DNA of 24,000 nucleotides from Demequina aurantiaca (GTDB lineage: Bacteria > Actinomycetota > Actinomycetes > Actinomycetales > Demequinaceae), in assembly GCF_000975135.1 (NCBI RefSeq), contig NZ_BBRF01000001.1, forward strand, positions 197,591-221,590, in the 5' to 3' direction. Shown piece by piece: positions 16,711 to 24,000 of this stretch (its first letter is position 1; each line of letters begins with the position of its first letter). Below the pieces are notes generated by a model, which had not been told where the DNA came from, made no database searches, and saw only the letters and a list, made by a program, of their open reading frames with translations. A program made the translations under genes and the position numbers.

Positions 16711-18486
16711 TCAGCCCGCGTACTCGAGGTCGTCGACTTCGATCAGGATCTCTTCCCACCCGGTTCCGACGCGGGTGCGCACCGAGCCGTCTTCTCCCAC
16801 TGTGGTGAGCGAGCTCTCACCCTGGCGAGCGGTGACTGACTTCGCGCCCACCGTCGCGGATTCGAGCACCGTCTCTCCGCCAACGGTCGCGATCCATAGC
16901 GACGAAGGAACCTCCTCCTGCGCCTCACCCAGAATCGCGAAGCTCAGGTCATTGATCCACTCCGCATCGACGGCTGTCGTGACATCAACACCAACGGACA
17001 GTGGCGAGCCGAGCGTCAACGGCACTCCACTCTCGGTCCTGACCACTGCCGCGACCTCGGCGAGCTGCTGGCCACCCTCCCTCGAGAGCACCACCACCCG
17101 AGTCCCATCCCGCGAGACTGCGACCGCTTGCACCGTGCGACCCTCAAGCCACCTCGCGTCAATGTCTGCCTGGTCGCCACTGGGGCGCACCGCGACGAGT
17201 TGCCCGTTGTTCGAGGTTTCCGCGGTCCATACCCAGCCTTGGCGGTCGTAGGACGGCCCCACGAGCCGGTTGCCGCTATAGAGCGTCGTGTACTCCATCG
17301 CATTCTCGGGCGGCGCGAGCTCGGGGGTCATAGGTTCCAGGCTCTCGATACCGCCCCGAATGGCAGACGATGCGGCAAGAACGGAGTCGTTCACGAGGAA
17401 AGCGGCGGTGGGTCCACCGTAGGAGCGAGCGACGTGGCTCGCGGAATCCGGCAAGAAACCCTCCGGATCAGGGGCGACCCACATCTGGGTGCCGTCCCAC
17501 AGTCCCAGCCTCGACGCGACGATGGCCGCGGCGTCGCCGTCAGGAATGGGCGCGGGATTGAGCGCGACGCTGCCGTCGCCTCCGAGCGCGACGCCGCCAA
17601 CCGTGACGGTGACGGCTACTACTCCCGGCAACGTCGTGAGCGTCCGCGTGAGCTGCTCCTGGGCGAGCGAGCGTTGACTGGGAGTCCCAGCCGACTCGGT
17701 GTTGAGCTGCACGGCGGCGATGCCATCCGTCACGACGACCGAGTCAACCTCGAGCGCTGCTCCCGCAGGGAAGCCAGTCTTGACCGCGCTCGCGAGCCAC
17801 GGCGATGGTCCCGCAAGCAGCTCGCGCGCCGCCCAGGTGGGCCCGTTATTCTGCGGAAGCCACCGCAGGTCGGGGACGATGGTGGTGGTGTCCATCGACG
17901 CGAAGGCAAGCGGCACTGGCAGGAAGAGGTGATCAAAGTTTGCCTGCGCGATGACGGCACCGTCGTCGAGTTCCGAGATCCGGTACTCGCCGTACGAGTT
18001 CTCGACGACTTGGAACGTGATGGGTACGCGCGTACCGTCGGTGGATTCGACCAGCACCCCGGCACTGTCGACCTCGGCTGCGACGGGCACCGAGTACTGG
18101 ATGGCGTTGGTCGCCTCGTCCCAGTCGGGCGTCAACGCGCCGGAGTCAAACACCAGCACCCGCGTCGAGGGATCCCACTCGTTGCTCGCCTCTGGCGTGA
18201 GATATTCGCGGGCCACCGAGAAGTTGGAGGCAAAACCTGCGGCCGATGCGGTCAGGAAACCGCTGACGATGGCCGTTGGGCTGTCGCCCACCTGGGGGCC
18301 TTCGGCGAAGGGCAGTACGGGGTTCGTATCCGGCACCTGGCCGTCGCCCTCTTCGACCGGTCCGGCATCGGGAATCGAGACGCAACCCGCGAGCGCGAGG
18401 GTGGCCGCGGCTACCACCGCCACCAGCCGGCCGCGCATACGGCGGGGCCCGAACCTGTGGGTCCGCTGTGTAGTGCGAGCGGTCAT
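16711..18486 (-). CDS. lpqB: Lipoprotein LpqB (MtrAB-associated)
   Basis: 591 aa. It has a signal peptide with the lipobox LAGC (Cys35). ATG 18486 overlaps the mtrB stop (ATGA). Size and position immediately downstream of mtrB are diagnostic of LpqB. Confidence 0.85.
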   Translation of the reverse strand: MTARTTQRTHRFGPRRMRGRLVAVVAAATLALAGCVSIPDAGPVEEGDGQVPDTNPVLPFAEGPQVGDSPTAIVSGFLTASAAGFASNFSVAREYLTPEASNEWDPSTRVLVFDSGALTPDWDEATNAIQYSVPVAAEVDSAGVLVESTDGTRVPITFQVVENSYGEYRISELDDGAVIAQANFDHLFLPVPLAFASMDTTTIVPDLRWLPQNNGPTWAARELLAGPSPWLASAVKTGFPAGAALEVDSVVVTDGIAAVQLNTESAGTPSQRSLAQEQLTRTLTTLPGVVAVTVTVGGVALGGDGSVALNPAPIPDGDAAAIVASRLGLWDGTQMWVAPDPEGFLPDSASHVARSYGGPTAAFLVNDSVLAASSAIRGGIESLEPMTPELAPPENAMEYTTLYSGNRLVGPSYDRQGWVWTAETSNNGQLVAVRPSGDQADIDARWLEGRTVQAVAVSRDGTRVVVLSREGGQQLAEVAAVVRTESGVPLTLGSPLSVGVDVTTAVDAEWINDLSFAILGEAQEEVPSSLWIATVGGETVLESATVGAKSVTARQGESSLTTVGEDGSVRTRVGTGWEEILIEVDDLEYAG

Positions 18487-20117
18487 GGCTTTACCCCCTC
18501 GGAGGAATCGGTGGACAGTGGCACGCGCTCCCCCACTGTCCCAAATTCTGCCTCGCGCAGCACGAGGGGCATCACGGGTTGCTGACCCAGCCCGCGTGAA
18601 GTGCGTGGCAACATCAGCCTAAAACTGGCGCCGTTGCCGGGCGAACCCCAGGCCTCGAGCTTGCCGTCGTGCAACGTGGCGTCCTCGCGGGCAATGGAGA
18701 GCCCCAGACCCGTGCCCCCCATGGTCCGAGCCCTCGCGGCATCGGCTCGCCAGAATCGATCGAATACTCGTTCCGCCTGCTGAGGCGTGAGGCCCACCCC
18801 ATAGTCCCGCACCACGAGCCCGACGCCGCGCTTGCCTGCCACCACGGCTACGTCGATCGGCTTCCTTTCCGCGTGCTCGACGGCGTTGGACAAGAGGTTG
18901 CGCACGATGCGACTCACGCGAGGGCGGTCCATCGACGCCATGTGGGTGCCGGGCGACATCCACAGCCGAATCCTGACACCGTGATCCTTGATTGCCGGCA
19001 GGATGGCCTCGATCTCCTCGCGCACCACGTCTCCCAGGTCGATGCGATCAAACTCGAGTCGGGCGGCACCCGCGTCAATACGAGATATCTCGAGCAGGTC
19101 CGCGAGCAGGGTCTCAAATCGGTCGAGCTGGTTGTTGAGCAACTCGGCAGATCGCGACACATCGGGCGGGAACGTGTCGCGAGCGTCGTACAGGATGTCC
19201 GATGCCATCCGAACCGTGGTGAGCGGGGTCCGCAGTTCATGCGAGACATCGGACACGAACCTGCGCTGCAGGCGCGACAGCCCCTCCATGCGCGTGATCT
19301 GTCGCTGGAGCGACTCCGCCATCTCGTTGAAGGTACGTGCCAGGGTCGCCATCTCGTCGTTGCCACGCACCGGCATGCGCTCGCTGAGCCGCCCATCCGC
19401 GAGTCGAGATGCCACGCGGGCCGCCGCTCGCACCGGGCGCACGGCCTGCAGGGTCACCATGAACGCCATGAACACCACCAACGCGACGAGCGCACCCGCG
19501 CCGAATGCCAGCACCTGTTGGATCAGGCTCAGCGTCTCCTGCTCGTTCTCGAGCGAATAGACAAAGTAGAGCTCGTACTCTCCCGCGGAGCGAATCTCGA
19601 GCGAGGATCCCACCACCACCCCAGGCACTTCGGTCCCGGGTATCTCCACGAACTGCCACGGCTGGGCGGAGCCCGCCTCGACTGCGGCGCGCATCTCTGG
19701 GCTGACGACAGTGGGCGAACTTGATGTCAACGTGTTTAGCACCAGGTTCGAGCTGTTGTCTGGGTCGGGCAGCAGCACTAGTCCGCGGTCGTCGCCGCCG
19801 AGTACCTGAAGCGCGTCGATGGTGTCGTAGACCAGGAGCTGCAACTCGCCAGGGGTCTCCGCTGTCGCGGCATTCATCTGTGCCTGAGCGGCGGCGGAGT
19901 CACGCGCGCTCTCGGCAAGAATCCGCTCCACGCGCGTGTCGACTAGGCCGTCGCGAATCTGGCTCGTCAGGTAGGCGCCAAGCAATGCCACCGCGCTGAG
20001 GCCCACGACTAGCGTGGTGACCACCAGGCGAAGCATCATCGACCTGCTCCACCGTCGCCATACCCGGCGAGGAGGTCCGACGATGGTCGCCCGAACCGCG
20101 CGCGCGGTGACCTTCAT
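18483..20117 (-). CDS. mtrB: Sensor histidine kinase MtrB
   Basis: 544 aa. It has two TM segments flanking an extracytoplasmic domain and a HAMP region. Motifs: H-box FVSDVSHELRTPLT, N-box NLLSNAVEH, and the DYGVGL and GGTGLGLSIA boxes. It starts 13 nt downstream of the mtrA stop. Confidence 0.9.
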   Translation of the reverse strand: MKVTARAVRATIVGPPRRVWRRWSRSMMLRLVVTTLVVGLSAVALLGAYLTSQIRDGLVDTRVERILAESARDSAAAQAQMNAATAETPGELQLLVYDTIDALQVLGGDDRGLVLLPDPDNSSNLVLNTLTSSSPTVVSPEMRAAVEAGSAQPWQFVEIPGTEVPGVVVGSSLEIRSAGEYELYFVYSLENEQETLSLIQQVLAFGAGALVALVVFMAFMVTLQAVRPVRAAARVASRLADGRLSERMPVRGNDEMATLARTFNEMAESLQRQITRMEGLSRLQRRFVSDVSHELRTPLTTVRMASDILYDARDTFPPDVSRSAELLNNQLDRFETLLADLLEISRIDAGAARLEFDRIDLGDVVREEIEAILPAIKDHGVRIRLWMSPGTHMASMDRPRVSRIVRNLLSNAVEHAERKPIDVAVVAGKRGVGLVVRDYGVGLTPQQAERVFDRFWRADAARARTMGGTGLGLSIAREDATLHDGKLEAWGSPGNGASFRLMLPRTSRGLGQQPVMPLVLREAEFGTVGERVPLSTDSSEGVKP

Positions 20118-20130
20118 GGCGCGCAGGCAA

Positions 20131-20814
20131 TCAAGACGTGGGGCCGCCGGCCTTGTATCCCACTCCGCGGATGGTCAGCACTATTTTGGGGTTTTCCGGG
20201 TCGAGCTCGACCTTGGCGCGCAGGCGCTGAATGTGCACATTGACAAGGCGCGTGTCAGCGGCGTGGCGGTAGCCCCACACGTCCTCGAGCAGCACTTCAC
20301 GCGTGAATACCTGACCCGGCGAACGCGCGAGCGTGACCAGTACGTCGAACTCGAGCGGGGTGAGCGGAATCATCTCGCCGCCACGCGTCACACGGTGACC
20401 GGTCACGTCGATCTCTAGGTCGCCCACTCGCACGGTTCCTGGCGCTGCGTTGTCGTTGCGGCGTAGGCGCGCACGCACCCGGGCGATGAGTTCGCGCGGC
20501 TTGAAGGGCTTTGGCACGTAGTCGTCCGCCCCGGACTCCAGGCCAAGCACCACGTCAACCGTGTCCGACTTGGCGGTGAGCATAATGATGGGCACGCCCG
20601 ACTCTGCCCGGATCTCGCGGCAGATATCGATTCCGCTCTTGCCGGGCAACATCAGGTCAAGCAGGACGACATCGGGTTCCTCGGCGCGAAAGATGCCGAG
20701 CGCACGGTCTCCGTGATCGCAAAACACCGTGTCAAAGCCGTCGGCTCGCAGCACAATGCCGATCATTTCCGCGACTGCAGGGTCATCGTCGACCACTAGG
20801 ATTCGTGACGTCAT
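20131..20814 (-). CDS. mtrA: OmpR-family response regulator MtrA
   Basis: 227 aa and near-collinear with mycobacterial MtrA as I recall it (RILVVDDD...DLVLLDLMLPG..GIDVCR..R..SGVPI[IV]MLTAKTDTVDVVLGLESGADDY..KPFKP.EL.ARVRARLRRND...TRLVNVH[IV]QRLRAKVE.DPENP..VLT[IV]RGVGYKAG). Confidence 0.92.
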   Translation of the reverse strand: MTSRILVVDDDPAVAEMIGIVLRADGFDTVFCDHGDRALGIFRAEEPDVVLLDLMLPGKSGIDICREIRAESGVPIIMLTAKSDTVDVVLGLESGADDYVPKPFKPRELIARVRARLRRNDNAAPGTVRVGDLEIDVTGHRVTRGGEMIPLTPLEFDVLVTLARSPGQVFTREVLLEDVWGYRHAADTRLVNVHIQRLRAKVELDPENPKIVLTIRGVGYKAGGPTS

Positions 20815-20820
20815 ACAGCC

Positions 20821-20826
20821 ATTATG
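20821..20826 (-). promoter_or_regulatory. Candidate -10 hexamer (CATAAT) for leaderless mtrA
   Basis: The minus strand reads GGCATAATGGCTGTATG. CATAAT ends exactly 6 nt before the A of ATG 20814. No Shine-Dalgarno is present. Confidence 0.4.
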
Positions 20827-20911
20827 CCGTCAGATTCGCGGGAGTCCACAGCCACCTGCGTGTTTGTCCTGGCACCATGGCAAGATAGTCGACGTCAGGG
20901 AGGACGAACGC

Positions 20912-22129
20912 GTGGACGAAGACAACAAAACGGAGCCCGATGCCTCGGGGACACCCTCATGGCACCCGAATGCGCCCGAGTGGGCGCCGCCGACCGCCGA
21001 GGCTCCCCTGTCCTCTCCCGCATCCGCCCCCGCTCCAGTAGTTCCTTCCACCCAGCCGATGCCGGGGCAGCCCTCCCACTACGCGCCGCCTCAGCAGGGC
21101 ACGACGCAGCAGGAATACAGCCAGCACGAATCCCGCCCGTACGGCGGTGGTCAGTACGGCGTCGGCACCGCGCCGGCCCCTATGCCCACCTATCGGTCAT
21201 GGCAGCCGGGGATCATCGCACTACGCCCCCTGTCCTTTGGGGACTTCATGTCCGCACCGTTCAAGGCCATGCGCTTTAACCGCAGCGTGGTGCTTGGCGG
21301 TCCGCTGCTGTTCACACTGCTGGCCACCGTGCTGTCGGTCACCGCGCTGTGGCTCCTGGTCAACGACCCACAGCTGGGCCTGACGAGCGTCACGGCCGTA
21401 GGCTCCGGCATCGAGGCCACCACCGTCATCGTGGGAATACTTGCCATCGTCACTACGCTGCTCGCCAGCGTGCTGTCGAGCGTCATCGTCGCGCCTGGAG
21501 TAGCACGCGCCGTCTTGGGCGAACGCATCACACTGCGCACCGCGTGGGACCAGGTGCGCCGCAAGTTTGGCCACATTCTGTTGCTGTATGTCGTCACTGC
21601 CGTGGCGATTGGCGTCATGGTGATGCTCGCTACCCTCCCGCTGATTTTTGGGATTGGCTCCAACGAGACCGTGTGGATTGTGCTGGGAATCGTCCTCATG
21701 CTGATCATCCTCGGACCCGCGACATTCGTCGTCGCGATGATCACCGGACTGGCGCAGCCCATCGTCGTGCTGGAGCAGATTGGTGCATTCGCCGCGCTCG
21801 GGCGCGCATGGCGACTCGTCAAGGGCCGGTTCTGGTGGTCGGTACTCATTGTCTTTGTGTCCAGCGCGCTGATCTATATCGCTACCGCGATGGTGCAGGG
21901 TGGCGGTCAGTTGATCGCAACGCTCGGCCTGGCCGTCGCGCCGGAGAGTGGCGTCGTTCAGTTCATTGCCTTCTTTGTCATCTATGGACTCGCGATCGTC
22001 ATCGCACTCGTCGTGACCTACGCCTACATGGGTTCGCTGTTCACCCTGCTCTACACCGACATGCGCATGCGGCACGAGGGATTCGACCTCGACTTGGCGC
22101 GCGCCGCCGAGGCGAGGGGCCGACGCTAA
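20912..22129 (+). CDS. Polytopic membrane protein with Pro/Gln-rich N-terminal region (GPDPase-membrane-domain/DUF975-like)
   Basis: GTG 20912 is preceded by GGGAGG 8 nt upstream. The ORF-track start at 20729 would overlap mtrA and is rejected. The first ~95 aa are a disordered P/Q/A/S-rich segment, followed by SWQPGIIALRPLSFGDFMSAPFKAMRFN and about six TM segments. TAA 22127-22129 abuts the next start. Confidence 0.65.
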   Translation: MDEDNKTEPDASGTPSWHPNAPEWAPPTAEAPLSSPASAPAPVVPSTQPMPGQPSHYAPPQQGTTQQEYSQHESRPYGGGQYGVGTAPAPMPTYRSWQPGIIALRPLSFGDFMSAPFKAMRFNRSVVLGGPLLFTLLATVLSVTALWLLVNDPQLGLTSVTAVGSGIEATTVIVGILAIVTTLLASVLSSVIVAPGVARAVLGERITLRTAWDQVRRKFGHILLLYVVTAVAIGVMVMLATLPLIFGIGSNETVWIVLGIVLMLIILGPATFVVAMITGLAQPIVVLEQIGAFAALGRAWRLVKGRFWWSVLIVFVSSALIYIATAMVQGGGQLIATLGLAVAPESGVVQFIAFFVIYGLAIVIALVVTYAYMGSLFTLLYTDMRMRHEGFDLDLARAAEARGRR

Positions 22130-22771
22130 GTGATGTGGGCCTCGATCCCGGTAGATCCGGATGCCGACACCGCGCGTGAGTGGGCCATCAACGAGCTCGC
22201 CAAGCGCGAGTACACGCACACCAACACCAATTGGCTCGAGGCCTTCTGGCAGTGGCTCATAGATCTCTTCGATGGAATCGGTCGCGTGGGCAGCAACATC
22301 GGCTCTCTTGGGGTTCCCGGAATGCTGATCTTCGCCGTACTCGGGTTGGCGGTCGTGGCGGTGATCGTATGGATCGTGGTGGGACCGTTGCGTCGCTCTC
22401 GTCGCTCGCGATCTGACGCAGAGGTCTTCGGCGGCGACGAGCGCGACTCCGCCGCACTATCGAGCGCTGCTGACGAGGCCGCGGCGGTCGGCGACTGGAC
22501 CACTGCCCTGGTACACCTGTACCGCGCAATGGTGCGTCACCTGGATGAGCGCGGCACCATCGACATCTACGCAGGGATGACCGCTCACGAGGCCGCGGTG
22601 CTGGCCGGTCGCGCGATTCCCCCCGTGGCGGTTGATCTGGCGACCGACGCGGATGCCTTTGACGACGCACGCTACGGCAGGACGGCCACCACCGAAGCCG
22701 ACTTCCGACACGCGGCAACCACGTTCGCGGAAATTCGCGCCACTACCAAGCGGCGGGTGGCGAACGCATGA
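22130..22771 (+). CDS. DUF4129-like domain protein (one TM, cytoplasmic helical domain)
   Basis: The start is GTG 22130 or ATG 22133. The N-terminus PVDPDADTAREWAINELAKREY, then a TM segment (MLIFAVLGLAVVAVIVWIVVG), RRSRRSR, and a C-terminal helical region (HEAAVLAGRAIP...DARYGR) match my recollection of DUF4129 proteins. Confidence 0.65.
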   Translation: MMWASIPVDPDADTAREWAINELAKREYTHTNTNWLEAFWQWLIDLFDGIGRVGSNIGSLGVPGMLIFAVLGLAVVAVIVWIVVGPLRRSRRSRSDAEVFGGDERDSAALSSAADEAAAVGDWTTALVHLYRAMVRHLDERGTIDIYAGMTAHEAAVLAGRAIPPVAVDLATDADAFDDARYGRTATTEADFRHAATTFAEIRATTKRRVANA

Positions 22772-23982
22772 GCATCGACGCAGACCAGCGCGGCTACGTG
22801 AGCGCCACAGCCGGCCCCACGATCACCGCGCGCGCCCGCCGCTCACCCCTGTTATTTGTGGGACTCGCGCTTTTCGCGATCATCATCACCATCCTGGTCA
22901 CCCAGTCGCGTCCCGCCGACAACCAGGATTTGTCGATCGAGAACTCTGCGCCGAACGGCTCACGAGCGGTTGCCCAGATCCTCCGTGACCAGGGCGTGGG
23001 CGTGCGACAGGTCAACCTGCTTGGCGACGCCCACATCGAGGACCCGGAACACACCACCCTCGTCATCGTCGCGGGTTCGAGCTACCTCTCGAGCGCCCAG
23101 TCGGACTCAGTCGCGGGCTACCCGGGCGACATCGTCTACCTGGGGCTCACCGCGGAGTCTCTCGAGGCCGCCGACCCTGATCTCTATGTTGACTATGCCG
23201 AGCCGGGCACGGCCGTCGTCGCGAACTGTGCAGACCCTGACGCAGTCGCAGCGGAGGAGACCAGGACCGGCCAGGACTCGATCTCTACTGGCGGGCTTGC
23301 CGTCCCCCAAGCCGAGCTGTGCTTCCCCGATGCGAACGGCGGGTATGCCTATGCGCGCGTCGAGACGTCCCACGGTTCGCGCACCTTCATCGCCAATCCG
23401 ACCATCGCTAGCAATGACAAGCTCGACGAGCTCGGCAACGCAGCGCTCGCGCTGCGCACGATGGGGCACCACGAATCCGTGACCTGGTACGTAGGAAGCT
23501 ACGCGGACACGACCACCTTGACGTGGGGCGAGGACGGCTCCGCGCCCGACAGGATCACGGCAAATCCGAACTTCCTCCCTCCCGGCACCGCTGATGCGCT
23601 GTTCGCGCTCGGGCTCGCGGCACTCGTGGCAGCGTTCTGGCGCGCGCGGCGATTCGGCCCGTTGGTCACCGAGCCGCTGCCGGTCGTCGTGCGGTCCTCC
23701 GAGGCGACCCGTGGGCGTGCTCGCCTGTACCGCCGGGCGCGGGCCACGGGCCGCTCCACCGCCGCGATTCGTGGACTGATCGCGCTCAGGATGGGTCAAC
23801 GCTTGGGAGTGCCCCGCGCCGCAGGCAAGGCTGGACTGCTCGAGGCCATCGCCCGCGCCACCGGGCGTGCCAGTGGCGACGTCGAGTCGCTGCTGTACGG
23901 CCCACCGCCCGCAAATGAGACTGCCATGATGCACCTAGTGGAACGACTCGACCAACTCGAAAGTGAGGTTCACCGACCGTGA
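22768..23982 (+). CDS. DUF4350-like domain protein (N- and C-terminal TM, large extracytoplasmic domain)
   Basis: ATG 22768 overlaps the upstream stop (ATGA). It has an N-terminal TM, then NSAPNGSRAVAQILRDQGVGVRQV. The C-terminal region has a second TM followed by PLPVVVRSSEATRGRARLYRRA. Both are typical of DUF4350 proteins encoded upstream of MoxR/DUF58 genes. Confidence 0.65.
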   Translation: MSIDADQRGYVSATAGPTITARARRSPLLFVGLALFAIIITILVTQSRPADNQDLSIENSAPNGSRAVAQILRDQGVGVRQVNLLGDAHIEDPEHTTLVIVAGSSYLSSAQSDSVAGYPGDIVYLGLTAESLEAADPDLYVDYAEPGTAVVANCADPDAVAAEETRTGQDSISTGGLAVPQAELCFPDANGGYAYARVETSHGSRTFIANPTIASNDKLDELGNAALALRTMGHHESVTWYVGSYADTTTLTWGEDGSAPDRITANPNFLPPGTADALFALGLAALVAAFWRARRFGPLVTEPLPVVVRSSEATRGRARLYRRARATGRSTAAIRGLIALRMGQRLGVPRAAGKAGLLEAIARATGRASGDVESLLYGPPPANETAMMHLVERLDQLESEVHRP

Positions 23983-24000
23983 GCGACAACCCCCAGGACC
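23979..24000 (+). CDS. 5' end of a further operon gene (possibly a MoxR-type AAA+ ATPase; identity not verifiable from 7 codons)
   Basis: GTG 23979 overlaps the DUF4350-like stop (GTGA, 23979-23982) and the frame stays open to the window end (VSDNPQD). The MoxR guess rests only on the usual DUF4129-DUF4350-MoxR-DUF58 gene order. Confidence 0.3.

Noticed and set aside
20729-20911. ORF-track start at 20729 for the membrane protein.
   Set aside because: It would overlap the first 86 nt of mtrA on the opposite strand. There is no SD there, whereas the in-frame GTG 20912 has GGGAGG 8 nt upstream.

Overview
This is a GC-rich actinobacterial chromosomal core region. I saw no IS elements, integrases, CRISPR arrays, tRNA/rRNA genes or obvious foreign-composition islands. 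The gene order matches the conserved actinobacterial block. Left to right: kgd 3' end; a degenerate SGNH-fold protein; a lone pilT-like ATPase (-); a 24-codon bL37-like gene below the ORF-track cutoff; rsrA-sigH (-); doxX-aroA-rsgA (+); hisN (+); a three-gene minus-strand operon (SAF/CpaB-like, TadZ/ParA-like ATPase, small acidic protein); an excisionase-type HTH; a 175-aa internally duplicated protein; LysM membrane protein plus Rv3235-family protein; secA, hpf, comF-like, lpqB, mtrB and mtrA (all -); then a + operon of PQ-rich polytopic membrane protein, DUF4129-like, DUF4350-like and the first codons of a further gene. Many junctions are 4-nt ATGA/GTGA overlaps. Most long ORFs antisense to these genes are high-GC shadow ORFs. 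I do not see a clear-cut novel system such as a defence island. The best candidates for under-described biology are: (a) the SAF/TadZ-like/acidic-protein operon, which has no TadABC partners and carries Arg in the P-loop Lys position; (b) the membrane/DUF4129/DUF4350 operon divergent from mtrA; (c) the lone PilT; (d) the SGNH protein missing its Ser and Asn signature residues; (e) the sigH autoregulatory promoter with a possible N-extended isoform; (f) five genes whose -10-like hexamer ends exactly 6 nt before the start codon (leaderless signature); (g) a strand-specific 19-bp hairpin between hpf and secA; (h) a 10-bp-phased CAAACAA direct repeat upstream of the LysM gene. All family assignments come from motif recognition by eye, not database searches.
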